DNA from: Mesotaenium endlicherianum
Taxonomy: Eukaryota
Assembly: GCA_009602735.1 (NCBI GenBank)
Contig: WELA01001056.1
Coordinates: 134,843 to 198,842, forward strand
Reading direction: 5' to 3'
Length of the DNA stretch: 64,000 bases
Positions 23,876 through 36,475 of this stretch are shown here, one piece after another. Each line of letters opens with the position of its first letter. Position 1 is the stretch's first letter. Below the pieces are notes generated by a model, which was given only the letters and a program-made list of their open reading frames with translations, did not search any database and was not told the origin of the DNA. A program made the position numbers and the translations under genes.

Positions 23876-25329
23876 GGCTGGTTTTTTCTCTTGACCTTGG
23901 GCAGGTGCTTGACCGGACACTGTTCCCTGTAGTTGCTTTTCTGCTGGCAATGGTAGCAAGTAGATTTTGCTGAGGCTGGTCTCGGCTTAGTCCTACCGCC
24001 ACCCCTTCCACAGCCACCTCGAGAGGAACCACCTCTACCTCTAGACTGAATAGAATTGTACTCGTACTCATATTCATTACCCCGATTATCCTCAGCCTGG
24101 TCTCCTTCAATTGCATTGTAGGAACCGTGGGGCTTTTTGACAATCTTAGACACCAAAGCATTACTCTGGCGCTTGTGATTGAACTGCTGCTGATCCCAGG
24201 CGTCAGCATCCTGGATCAAGTCAGCCAGTTTCTCATACTTTTTCTCAGCAAAATGACCAGAGACCTCGGATTTCAAGCCATACCTGAAGTATGCTATCCT
24301 ATACCGTTCTGGCAAATCTGGCTGCTTCATCATGTTCTCTTGGAACTTTTGAGCAAACTCAGCAACTGAAGTGGTCTGCTTCAGTGTCAGGGAGATCATC
24401 GCATAGATAGCTTTCTCCTGCTGGTTGATGACATCAAACTTCTCATGCAACTTCTCGACAAACTCTACCCACGTAGGGTCACCGAGTTGCCGAGCCTTAC
24501 GCTCTTCCTTCCAGTAAAGCCACCAGTCTGCGGCACTGCCTTTCAGTAGCGCACCGGTGTGCCTGACCTTCTCGTAATCTTGCAGTTCTGGGTAGTTCTC
24601 CAGCCACTGCTCAACATCCGCGAGAAACTTGATCAGGTAATATTTTCTGTTTCCCTCAGGATCATAGTCCTGGGGAGGTTTCGGCTTGGGCTTACTAGGC
24701 CCTCGGCCACCACCACTAGTGGTGTGAGACCCCAGTTGGTCTCTGTCCCGGAGTAGGGACATTATGATTCTTTTGTCCTCCTGCTGGGACTGATACATGG
24801 TCGCCATTTGCGATTGCATCTGAACGAATAATGCCCCCAAGTCTACACTTTGGGGTGGTAGATTAGCAAATGCAGCAGCAGCATTGGCATCTACTCGCTG
24901 AGTAGTGTCCTCAACAATCCCTCTCGCTCCTGCAGCAGCAATTCCTGCCGCATTCAGCCGGTCACGTATTTGACCTAGGGGTACATTGAGTTGTACAGCA
25001 GGAGGTGGGTTCAGAACATTGGCCCTTGATGCCATAAGTTCTTCAACAGTGCGCTCGTCAGCTGGCTGTCCTTCCCTCCTTTCTGTATTCTCAGCGGCCT
25101 TTGCTACTTGTTCAGCCACTAATTTGGCTCTCTCCTCCTCAGCTTGCTGTGCTGCGACTGCGGCTATAGCAGCTGCCTCATCTGCAGCCTCTCTAGCTGC
25201 AGTATCTGCCACTGCTTCGGAATAGGTACGGGTTCCCGCTACATGGCTTTCCGCCTGGTTTTCGACATTCTCGTTATCCTGGTTCTCCATGTCTCGGGAG
25301 TTGCTAGTTTGAGACCTTGTCCTTACCAT
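23851..25329 (-). CDS. gag of B copy 1
   Basis: ATG at 25329 just after the PBS. LKGSAADWW and LKQTTSVAEF..F retrotransposon-gag motifs; degenerate CYHCQQKSNYREQC zinc knuckle. Confidence 0.9.
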   Translation of the reverse strand: MVRTRSQTSNSRDMENQDNENVENQAESHVAGTRTYSEAVADTAAREAADEAAAIAAVAAQQAEEERAKLVAEQVAKAAENTERREGQPADERTVEELMASRANVLNPPPAVQLNVPLGQIRDRLNAAGIAAAGARGIVEDTTQRVDANAAAAFANLPPQSVDLGALFVQMQSQMATMYQSQQEDKRIIMSLLRDRDQLGSHTTSGGGRGPSKPKPKPPQDYDPEGNRKYYLIKFLADVEQWLENYPELQDYEKVRHTGALLKGSAADWWLYWKEERKARQLGDPTWVEFVEKLHEKFDVINQQEKAIYAMISLTLKQTTSVAEFAQKFQENMMKQPDLPERYRIAYFRYGLKSEVSGHFAEKKYEKLADLIQDADAWDQQQFNHKRQSNALVSKIVKKPHGSYNAIEGDQAEDNRGNEYEYEYNSIQSRGRGGSSRGGCGRGGGRTKPRPASAKSTCYHCQQKSNYREQCPVKHLPKVKRKNQPLKDSNSQ

Positions 25330-25349
25330 ACAAAGAAGATTGTGATACT

Positions 25350-25361
25350 GCTCCGATACCA
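25350..25361 (-). promoter_or_regulatory. Primer binding site (tRNA-iMet type) of element B
   Basis: TGGTATCGGAGC, 1 nt after the LTR-terminal CA; 1 mismatch to the canonical TGGTATCAGAGC. Confidence 0.88.
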
Positions 25362-25362
25362 C

Positions 25363-26083
25363 TGAAATGATTTGACTTATCAAATAAGCGATTAACAAGT
25401 AATAAAGATCTTTATATCAGCAAGTAATCTTTATGGTATTTTTCGTTAACTGGTTAAACGGCAAAGGACAACATACTAGCAGTGAATAATACTCGTAAGT
25501 CAAATGCGAGTAAACTAGCATCAATGATGCAAATCAGTAAACTCATACATAAACAAGGTTAGAAGACAGTGCGTATCAATGGCTTCTCGCCTTGGATTCA
25601 GATTTCTCTCAGTAAGCTGCACCAGAGAGTTGGCCTCGTTTCCAAATGCCGAACTCGAGAGCAATGCCTAGCATATGTACATGGAATGAGTTTATTGCTC
25701 AACGATCAGTGCGATGGCACCGCCTACCCGGGAGTTAACCACGTTGGTAGGACCTCGGTTAACCAAATCCACCGCCATCTCCCATCATCCCGAATAGCCA
25801 TCCATCATAGGGATGTCATTTGGCCATTCATCTAGCATATCGTGCTCAGGTGTATTTCAAGGCAGTTCACTGCTACCGAGTACGCAAGTCAGCTGGCTGT
25901 CAAACAATGGGTCAGCAAGCTGACTTATATGGACTTCAGCCTGCTGCTTCCGGCTGAGTCATTAAATTGATATTAAACATAAAGTCCAACAGACTGATTA
26001 TTAACTAGAGTTCAGCAGGCTGAACTTATATAACTGTTATATTTAAATGAATATTATATCCACTAATATACTGATTCATTACA
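25363..26083 (-). repeat. 5' LTR of B copy 1 (721 bp, TG...CA)
   Basis: TG/CA termini; homologous to 57649-58366. Confidence 0.95.
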
Positions 26084-26086
26084 GTG

Positions 26087-29000
26087 CCGGACAGCGGGGA
26101 CCGGTCCCGGTTGGACAGGTAACCGACCTGTGAACAGTGAATTACCTTTGATGTATGGTTCCAGGAAGGAGACATTAAAGATCGGGTGACCCTTGTAGTC
26201 AGCTGACATGTTCAGTTTGTAAGCATTCTGACCGACACGACGTACCACCGAATATGGACCAACTCAGATAGGGCCAAGCTTTTTCTTGACCACACCAGGG
26301 AGGTACAGGTGCTGAGAATGCAGTTTGACAAAATCGCCCTTAGAAAATGTCAGCTCCCGACGGTGTTGATTAGCGTATTTTTGTTGGTTTTCTTGGGCTT
26401 TGTGCAGGTTTTTATGGACGTCTGACAGGGTGTCAGCAAACTCCTGAGTTAACTGGAGAGAGACCGGGTTGTCAATCCCTTCCGGGTCAGTTAATGACTC
26501 CCCCAGTACATCTAAAGGAGACTTAGGGGCTCTACCCAGGCTGAGTTCAAAAGGAGTCTTGCCCGTTGACGCGTGCACCGCACTGTTGACCGCAAACTGA
26601 ATTTGAGGCAACAGGTCATCCCAATTATCTTGTTTTTGGTTAATATATGCTCTCAGCACCTCCTGCAGAACTCGGTTAGTTCTTTCAGTCTGCCCATCAG
26701 TCTGAGGGTGGTTTGCTGTGTTGAGCAGCTGTTTGACTCCCATTAACCCCATTAAAGCTCTCCAGAACTTAGAGGTGAATTTTGAGTCTCTGTCTGAGAT
26801 GATATTAGAAGGTAGCCCATGTTGGCATACTACATGGTTGTAAAATTGTCTGGCTGTTTCGAGTGCAGTTACTTTGACACTTGTGGGGATGAAAATGACC
26901 ATTTTTGTCAATTTATCCACGACTACCAATATCGAATCATGCCCATTAGCAGTTCGTGGCAGTGTGACCACCCAGTCCATGGATATAGTTTCCCAGCGTC
27001 CAGCTGGGATGGGCAGTGGTTGCAAGAGACCTCCGGGTGGTATGTGCCGAGACTTATTTCTCTGACACTGGTCACAGGACTTGACATATTTCAAGACCTC
27101 CCGGGGTAACCCCTCCCAATGATAATGTTTTGCCAGTTTGCCAACAGTTTTGGCCTGCCCCAAATGTCCACCCAGGAGACTGTCATGAGCTTGACTCAGT
27201 AAGAGAGACCTTATTTCCAAATTATTAGGAATGACCAGCTTCAGCCTGCCTGAAGTGGTTTCAGTCACCCAGACCCCTCCCTTGAGCTTATACCCGAGTG
27301 CAGTAGCACGACACACACCAGTAGTGGGGCTGGGCTCAAATGTTGGGTCAGAAAGGTAGGCTTTCCTAAGTTGTTCAAGGAAGGACTTTTTCACCTTTAG
27401 TGAAGTGAGTGCACACAGGACTTTATCTACAGTATGCTGACTAAAGTTCCTTTCTTGCAAGTCAGGTCTTCTAGAGAGTGCATCAGCAGGATTCAACTTC
27501 CCTGGTTTGTAGTCGATCTGGACTTGGAACTGCTCCAGCATCTGGCTCCAGCGGTTCTCCCTCCTCGACAGCTTGGACTTCTTCTGAAAGTGGGTCAGAG
27601 CTAGATGATCTGTAATCACCTTAAAAGCTTTACCATGTAAGTATGCTCTCCACTGTTTGAGTACATGAATGATAGCTAGCAGCTCTTTATCATGCACTGA
27701 GTAATTAATCTCCGCTGGATTAAATTTCATAGACTCATACAACACAGGATGCCACTCCTGCCGTACCTTACCATCCTTTGTGGTTTTGTCAGCAGGCTGC
27801 AACAAAATAGCACCCATGGCAAAATCAGAGGCATCAGTAACCACCTGCACCGGTTTGCTGGGGTCATACACGGCTAGCACTGGGGCAGAACAAAGGGCAT
27901 CTTTAAGGGTCTGGAAGGCAGCCTGCTGCTCTTCCCCCCACACATACCCGATGTCTTTCTTAGTAAGGTCAGTCAGTTTACTGGCCTTTGTGGAATAATT
28001 CTCAATAAATCTCCTATAGAAGTTAGCCAACCCGAGGAATGATCTAACTTCAGAGACAGACTGTGGTACTGGCCAGTCCCTTATGGTCTGGACTTTCTTA
28101 GGATCCACACTGATGCCCTCTTTACTGACAACGTGGCCTAAGAATTCAATACTTTCCTTAAAGAAATCACACTTGCTCATTTTAGCATACAAGTGATTTT
28201 TCCGCAGAGTGTCCAGCACTTTCTTTAAGTGTTCAGTGTGCTGAGCTTCATCTTTAGAGAAAATTAAAATATCATCCAGGAAAACTTGCACAAACTTATC
28301 CAAATAAGGTCTGAAAATGTCATTCATAGCACCCATAAAGGTAGCAGGAGCATTAGTCAGTCCAAATGGCATCACGTTGAACTCATAGTGTCCATAACGT
28401 GTGCGGAAAGCAGTCTTGTGTTCATCCCCCTCAGCAATTCTGATTTGATGATAACCACTCTTGAGATCTATCTTACTGAACACCTTAGCGCCAGACAGGG
28501 TATCAAGCAAGTCCTCGATTCTGGGTAAAGCATACTTGTTCTTTACTGTAATTCTGTTCAGGGCTCTGTAATCCACACACATCCGCATACTGCCATCCTT
28601 TTTCTTAACAAATAGGATGGGTGCGCCGTACGGTGATTTACTGGGAGAAATGTAACCATTTTCCTCCAGCTCTGCAATCTGTGTTTTCAACTCCTCACTC
28701 TCCACACAAGACAAGCCATACGTGCGTTGCCAAGGTGGCTGACTCCCAGGTAATAGATCAATCCTATGATCTACTTCCCTCTTAGGGNCTTTTAGGGGGT
28801 AGTCCTGGAGGCATATTAATTACATCCGAGTATTGAGCAACAATTTTTGCAGCAGTAGGGTGCTCCGGAGGGCTTACCTTTTTCTCAACCACTTCTTCAG
28901 GTTGAGGAGGTACCTCTCTTAGCAGCAGACAGAACATTTTGTCTTCCTTCTGGTTCCAGCTTTTGACGAACTCCATTGCATTCAGCAACTTGCATCCTTC

Positions 29001-29307
29001 TAGAAGCCTCTTCTTTTCCTTCATTTGCCATCCACACAGGACAAGAGGAAGAGCACTGGTGGGTGCCAAGTTAGTGTGCCCATCTCTGGCTCCTCTCAGC
29101 TGGCTCAGAAGTCAGCTGGCTGCCAAAGAATGTGTCAGCAAGCTGACTTAAGGTGACCTCAGCCTGCTACTTCCGGCCTGAGTCATTAAACTGATATTAA
29201 GTATAAAGTCCAGCAGACTGATTGTTAACTAGAGTTCAGCAGGCTGAACTTATTTAACTATATTATTTAAATGAATATTAAGTCAACCAGTATACTGATT
29301 CATTACA
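26087..29307 (-). mobile_element. Element B copy 2: pol fragment (RT-RH-INT) plus the first ~200 bp of an LTR (29108-29307)
   Basis: 816-aa ORF 26264..28714 is near-identical to pol of copies 1 and 3. The partial LTR is joined directly to the protease C-terminal region. Confidence 0.92.
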
Positions 29308-29789
29308 ATTTGTTTGATTCATTCACACCTAATCGATCAAACAAAGAGTTATTTATATGTACCGCTTCATGTCAAATGAATTTGTACGCGACCGCGTGAA
29401 CAGTTGCGACTTCTCAAAAGTCGTGAGATTGCAAAATCGCCTGATCGGCGTGAAACGGTTTTTCGGAAACCGTCGCGTAACCTCCAAAAGGCCAAACGGC
29501 TCGTTTTGAATAGTCAGCCGAACGATTTACGGTCGTTCGATCGTTTTTGTAAAACATGAACCAGTGTCCCAATAGGTGACTTGATGCACTCCAGTGCCTC
29601 ATGTTGTGCGAGTATGTATACTGGCAAGATTCATTGTGAGTGCAATTTCTTACAGCATGCATTCTACGACTTTCCGTTTGTTTTCTTATTAGTCTCAAAT
29701 ATCAGATATTACGCGGAGTTGTTGGTATCTTCTTTCCATTAAGTAAGTACTTTTCTTGAATACCAAACAAAGATCCTCCAGAAAAACAG

Positions 29790-30050
29790 GATCGTTACAA
29801 TCTCCATTCTTGAATAAGGTCTTCATTCTTTCTAAATTCCCGATGTAGCAGCAAGGCATCTTTATCCAAGTACTGCACCATGCTTATGTATGCAACAAAT
29901 GCAAGCACCCTTTCTGATTTTTTCAAAGAAATTTGCCCAATAGATCTCATCAAACTCTTCGAAAGTCAGACTATTATCGCCTGTTCGACCACCAAAGCAC
30001 TTTGTAGACAGCTTGAACTAGGGATTCCCATCCCTTTTATCACCAGCCAT
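29790..30050 (-). pseudogene. Possible degenerate retroelement gag remnant
   Basis: MAGDKRDGNP*FKLSTKCFGGRTGDNSLTFEEFDEIYW..., broken by a stop and a frameshift; only a weak resemblance to gag N-termini. Confidence 0.25.
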
Positions 30051-31640
30051 CTTAGCGAGAGACCAGCAAACATTAACTCTTACCCAAACGTCTCGTGTTT
30101 GCCCAAATCAGGTGCAAAGAATCGCTCGCTATATGGATTTTCTCCATTTGTGAAGACCTGTCGAGGCTCATCTTTCGACGTCTGCTCTCTCCACGGGTTG
30201 TCAGGCAACTCAGGGGTCTCACTTCTCTGTGGACTCTCGCTTGAATCAAAGCCTTTCCCAGGCTCCACAAGATGGTAAATCCTACCATTCCTCAACTATA
30301 TATACACTTGAATTCCACCAGCTTCCCTTCCAGGTTGAGCACCAGCAAACCTCACAAGCCTCAATCCCCAATTTGCTTGGGAATTCTTTTGACTTGAACC
30401 AATCAACCAAAGTGCTCAGAAGTAGGACATAAACGTCTTACTTCCAAATAGGTTTTCGCCCAAGTTGATGGTTTCACAAATGAACAAATTCTAGTTTGCA
30501 GATCTTACGTTTAAGCAGAACACACATAACACCAAGTTCCAAAGGTTATCGCCCACCGGGGCTTTCGCTTATCTCTCACCAAGTCACAGCTTACAAAACT
30601 CTGCGTCGGCGGAAGGGTGTCTTCTGGGCTCCTTGTGGCCTTGGAAATTCCTTCTTCTTCGCGCCTTCTCTTCTCTCTCTCCTTCTCCGACTTTCTCCTT
30701 CGCGCCTTTGGTCCTTCTGGCAAATGTGGGAGGCAAGAATGAGACAGGTTTTTGCAAGGCTCGTGCCTATCTCAGGCACCACGCAAGAACGTCTCTTTCG
30801 AGATTGCCCTGACTTAGTCACAGCCGCGTGCATGCATGTTCCACCTCGTGGGTGTTGTTGCATGTCTTAACTTATGTCGCGTCACTCAGCCTGCATGCAG
30901 GTTTCGTGACAGTCACGCGTGCTCGCTTCATCTTTCGGTTGGCATGCACGCCCTCGTGACTGGGAATCCATGTCCCGTATCGTGTCAGATTGGCGTGGTA
31001 GCTCCATTGAGAGGTTGCTGCCGAGCTGTCGTGCTTACTTGGCGTGGCTTGACTTAGCCATCGCTAAGCAAGTTCTTTTGTCAACTCTTCTTGACTTGGC
31101 ACTTGCTAAGCTAGCTGTTGGGTCAGCTTCCTTGACCTGGCAGCTGCTGGCGTGGACCGTTTGCAACGCTTGGCTCACCTGGCTGTCAAACCCTACCCAT
31201 CACTGAGTGTTGGTTTTGACTCGTCGCAGTCACCTTTCGTGTAACTTGACCCTTAACTTTCAACACTGACTTGCACAGACAAGCAGCCTAGTCAGCCAGT
31301 CAACGCTGACTTCCTCGTACCTGGGCTGCCATGAATTGCGCCACGCGTGCTGCGCCGTCAAACTGGTAGAAGTCGCGAAATTAGGTGGAATCAGTTTCCA
31401 CCTATTTTATCCACCTGACCTGGAAAAATTGCCAACCGCCCCTCGACCATTCTCACCGTGGACTAACCCGACTAGAATCAAGTAAATGTGGCAAACTAAC
31501 CTCGTTCCACCTGGTTCCAATGTCATCGAACATGCACTGGAGCTCAGTACCGTAGACAAGCCTGCATGCCCTGTATGAAATGCGATAGAACAGCGAGTAT
31601 GGTTTAGTTGGGCTCTGGGACGAATGCAAACAACTCCAAC

Positions 31641-34092
31641 ATGAATTCTCTGTTACCGGGAAGACGAGCATTTAGGTTGGGGACCACTTTGTATGATAGA
31701 GTTGCCCGGACATCAGTACTACCCCGCGAGCATCTTCTTTCTCCTCGTCGGCTATCTTCCTCTGGTGAGGTAGGAGGAGGAATTTATGGGAAGCAACAGG
31801 AGTATGCATTAGACCAGCAATTTATTCATGGATCAAGTGAACGTGCGTTTAGGTACCCAGTGTGTCCTTTCAGTACCTGTATAGGCAAGAGGGTCTTGGA
31901 GAGTCATGAGCAGCAGAGCCGTGTGATGACTGCCACTAACGTGCCACATTTGCGGTTAGGAGTGGACCCTCTATGTAAATCAGGGTCCACCATGTGGTCT
32001 ACCAGTGAAGGTCCTGGAAACACCGCCTCTGCTCGAAGATGGTTTGCGTGATCAGCGAATCTGGATGCTCCACCGCCAAGAGAGGTGAGCGCAGTTGGTG
32101 TAGAGTATTGTGCCAATGGCAAGATTCACACGAAAATGACATGGCATGGGAACTTTGTGGAACGCTGTCAAGATGGAAACATGACCTGGAATGTATTGTC
32201 TGCGAGACTTTTGAGGGGTGACTGATGGCTGGCATGTTCTGCCGCAGCACCCCTCTCTCTGGACATAGCTTTTCCTGCATCAGCCATGTCTTAAAAGTGC
32301 GGTATCTCTGCTGGTTCATGAGTTGGTGTCGACGCAGGTGGTTGCTTATACTTAGCAGTTTGTTCTTAGTGTCTTCGTTTGCATGGAGAAGGGTGTATGA
32401 GCTTGTACTAGGTACTGGCCTGTTGAGTTTCAATGAATGTCATAGCAAGGTCTATATGTTGGCTTGAAGGGCTTGGTCATGCGTCTTCACCCTGTGATTC
32501 CTCGTGCTTTAGGGGTGTTTTTCTGAAGTTAGCTGTATTTTAGAAACAGAGAGTAAAAGTGTGGTTGCCATGCAAGGTCAGTTGTGACGCCTCAGTGTGC
32601 TGCTCCAGGTTGCGCGCACAATTCAGAGTAACATACTTCTATCCTGTCTAACTCCAGCTGAAAGTAGTCATGGTTGTCGCACTTGCTCGATGTAACACAT
32701 AATACAAATACGCCTATGCAACATAGGTCATTGTGGAGTATCCGGAGGACGAGCTCACTGACTTTTTCATTGAGCTGGCAGACAAGATTGGTGAGTGAGT
32801 TTTAGCAAGCATTGCAAATGTCAAACTTGAGAGGCAGAAATTGCGGGTCAACTGAAGTTTTCTTGCTTGTGCGAAGGGGTTGTTTCCTCCACCCCTAGAA
32901 CCTGCAGCACGTGAGATCAGGACAGTCAGTGTGATCCTGTGTTGGTCCGCCAGGGAGCTGCTGGTCCGCATGTACTGTTCTGTGGCGTCGTGCTCCTTCT
33001 ATATTAGACACCAGTTATGTGCCAAGTTTTGGAACTTAGGGGACTTGGGGCTGTATGCAGTCGTCTGTACAATATGATGCTACCAATAGATGGTACATTG
33101 CGCGCTCATTGTCACAGAATATGTTGTCCCATGTCTGGTGCACTCTTTTGATCTCATAATTACTCGAATTTGCTGTTGTTTGGCAACCTCATTCCCTCAT
33201 GTGTGCCTTCCACGTACATGAGGAAATGAGAAAATGATAGAATTGCCCATGAGGGAAGAGCAGTTCTGATAATTTATGTTGTCCTGTTGTTTCCTCGCAG
33301 AGGATGCCTTTCCTGAGTTGGCTGTAGTTGGCAATCCTGCAAACATCACCCCCAGGTAACTTTTCATGGGTTGTGGTAAATTTTTGGAGCTAATTCTTGG
33401 AGCTAACTCAATTTTTTGGGTGGTTACCGAGACACCGTTGCAGACCATAGCAAAGGAGATAGTTGTGAGACGTGGTCTCGAGCTTCATCAATTGAGCTGC
33501 CATTTGTTGTCGCTGGATGTTACTCATGGTCTTTTTGACTCTCTCTCTATGTTCAGGGATGGTGCCTTTGAAGTCACGCTGGACGGCAAAGTTCTCTTTT
33601 CTCGTCTGCAGGTACGCTTATATTCCGTCGCCCTAAGCATTCTTGTATTGCTTCTTAAGTTATGTAACCAGGTTCTATTGCGGATTTTGAAGTCAGCAAC
33701 TTATGAGATGATTTTATACTGTACACCTAAGCTACTCTAATCTTGTATTTTTTACTTGTTTCATCTATTGCGTTTAAAATATGGGACAATGATCATATAG
33801 GAGTGGGTGTTTGCTTGATTTATGTCATGTCTTTTCACGTTCACCGTACTTTGCAGAGTTGGTGAGAGAGCTCATTCTTTGGGCAGGTTTGTTAAGCACT
33901 ATCCTAATTGCTTTTGCTTGAGTCCTCCATGTCAATATAGGTTCAGCTTACTGAATCTTTGGCTGGAAGCAGAATAGAACAAGCTTCTCACTGACTATGT
34001 GTAAGCTTGTGTAAGTGCTATCTCAGGTGAATCGACTTCCTGCTTCCGACGAGATACTGGGTGCCATTGAGTCTTTCCCTGAGCTCAAGTAA
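31641..34092 (+). CDS. Rdx-family (SelW/SelT/SelH-like) thioredoxin-fold protein with a probable organellar presequence; exons 31641-31769, 32727-32790, 33301-33355, 33557-33611, 34027-34092
   Basis: In-phase splice gives ...RRLSSSGE-VIVEYPEDELTDFFIELADKIEDAFPELAVVGNPANITPRDGAFEVTLDGKVLFSRLQVNRLPASDEILGAIESFPELK*. GxFEVxxxGxxxxS...P...E is the Rdx signature. Exon 1 is less certain. Confidence 0.75.
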
Positions 34093-34889
34093 CAGAGCTT
34101 CATAGGTGAATCTTTTGATTGTGGACTTGCGGGTGCCGTTGAAATTGTCAGTCCTCCTAATGATGCTCCCTGCTTAAAGTGGCAATAAGCTGGTAGCAAG
34201 GAGCTGATCCCGAGGAGGCAATTATCGCTGCATTTGCATGTGCGTTGCCATTTTTCGGTGTGAAGTAAGTATTAGTACCTTGTCGGGTTTGTGAATTAAG
34301 TTTTATTGTAATGTTAGGATCTTGTTATAGCACTTAAAAAGTATACGATTTTTTTGGTACTGCTTGAGTACTCTGCTGATCCACGTTGTTTTAACGATGT
34401 AAGAATAATTTACTTTACTTTGTCCTACTAAATTGAATGTTTAGAAAAGAAAGTTGGTTTTTGCAACATCATTTCGAAAATGGCTCTTGGTCGTTGCTTG
34501 CCAACACCCATATAAACAACTTAGCATATTGCAAATTAGATGGCATACAATTTCAAAACACACGTATCACTTATCTTGGAATGTGGAGGGGAAACGTCGA
34601 GATAGCTCTACTTTCTTTTCTTATTTCCACCTCCATTGTTGTTATTGCGACGTTTAACACTTCACACTCTAGACCCATATATTGCATGTCAACATTCTTT
34701 GTGACCACGTATATGGAGTTTTGTACAACATTGTTCTGTGTACTAGCAAAAATTGCAGATAGTGCATAAGTGACAGGATCGAATTGGAATGGGATTTTGT
34801 TCAGAAACAATAAAAAGTACTAACTTTGACCACGTGTTTTCTACCATCAGTATAGAATGTCACCGTTTGAGTCAACGTGCAAGCAAGTG

Positions 34890-35408
34890 TTCTTTGCAAT
34901 GGTGACAAAGAACCTTCAAGAATTGGAGCCCTCCATATGTTCACGTTGGAGTGAACTTTCAGCATAATTATAAGAGAAAAATAATGTGAGCTTTATGTGT
35001 CTAATACTTCATGATACTTCACACCCCATTCATGGTATGCATTTAGCACGTTGCTCTTAGGTTGCAACACATATAGTGGACAAAAACAGTTGAATTTTTA
35101 TAAAAGCACAAGAATGCGTCAGAAATTAGACCATTTTAGAAAATTATGCTATACTTACCAAATTTAACTCTTTGCAATGGTTCCAAAGAACCTTCAGAAT
35201 TTGAAGCCCTCCACATGTTCGCTTTTGAGTGAACTTCATTATGACAATGAAAGATCTTTATGTGTCTTGTACATCATGATACTTTTCACCCCAATCACGT
35301 TACTTATTTATCACGTTGCTGTTGGGTTGCAACACTTAATTGACAGAACATTTTAATTGCTAGAAAAGCACAAGAATGCGACATTCGGAAATTAGATTAT
35401 TTGAAAAA
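34890..35408 (+). repeat. Diverged tandem duplication, two ~250-280-bp units
   Basis: TCTTTGCAATGGT..CAAAGAACCTTCA...AAAAGCACAAGAATGCG occurs starting at ~34890 and again at ~35168. Confidence 0.8.
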
Positions 35409-36475
35409 TAGACCGTTTTTAAAGACTATGCCTTTCTACTTACCTTTATCTCTTGGCCTATATTCCAAGATCTCCCTTGGGAAACAACTATTCTCTTACC
35501 TGCCATCTGCATCAACGATGGTAGTGCCTTCAGGCAGCCTGCAACAGTGACCATAGTTAACATACAGAGGTTTTAGCCATTGATTTTTGCTCTTGTAATT
35601 GTGATTTGTGAGCACATTTGATGTGTATGAACCTGGTCCTAAACAAAATGCTGAATGGTTGGGAAGTGATGTGCACTTTGCTTGTCTCCTTGTGTCTGCG
35701 TGCTAATTGCAAGCATGTTTGCTGCTTATATAAGATGAAAGAAGAAAGAGCTCTCTGGTATAAAAAAGGATAGTTTCTGAGGAATGCCTGCGTCACTTTC
35801 TTGAAACCTCGAAGTGATGTAATTTTTATCTGAATTACATCTCCATATTAAGCATGAAAGGAATGTACACAAACGTCAGACGTGCCTTCGTCGCTGGTGG
35901 CCCCGGTCATGGGTCGTGTCAGAACTGGCAAAACATTTCTAACAATGGTCTAACGTGGTCTAAAGAAGTTGAACCTAATTGAACCTAAGTCAACAGGAAA
36001 TTCAGAATGGCGGAGGGTACCTGGCATGATGAGCTGGCAGCTACACGAGTGCGGTATCGCAAATGACCGCAAGTGTCGGTATTTTTACCCCTGTGGCTGA
36101 CTAGGAAGCAGTAGGAAGGGTAGAACTGGGTAGAACTGATTAGAACGGTGCCCGACAGGCACGCACAGAGCCGAGCAGGAGCTACAAGAGAAACTCCGCG
36201 CTCGCTGTGACCTATGGTGCTCTCAGTAGGCTGGTACCACCTGCTACTGCTAATATCGACTGCCAACTCCTACTGCTGCCCACTGCACAAGGAAGCTTTG
36301 TGAAACAGACGTCTGTTTCCCTTGGTAATCCAAGTACCTCCAACATTACGCGTGTGGGGAAAACCTTGTTCCTTTCACTCTTTCACAAATTGAAACTTAG
36401 CATTACCTTAACACACCAGCCCACGTACTTGCCAATATGTGCGCTCACCAAGCGGCCGATGGTACAGGAGAAGAA

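Larger units (their letters stand above)
17525..26083 (-). mobile_element. Element B copy 1: chromovirus (Ty3/Gypsy) with an extra ORF
   Basis: 5' LTR 26083-25363, PBS, gag, pol with chromodomain, extra ORF, partial 3' LTR 18045-17525. No matching TSD (CCGCC vs GTGCC). Confidence 0.95.
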
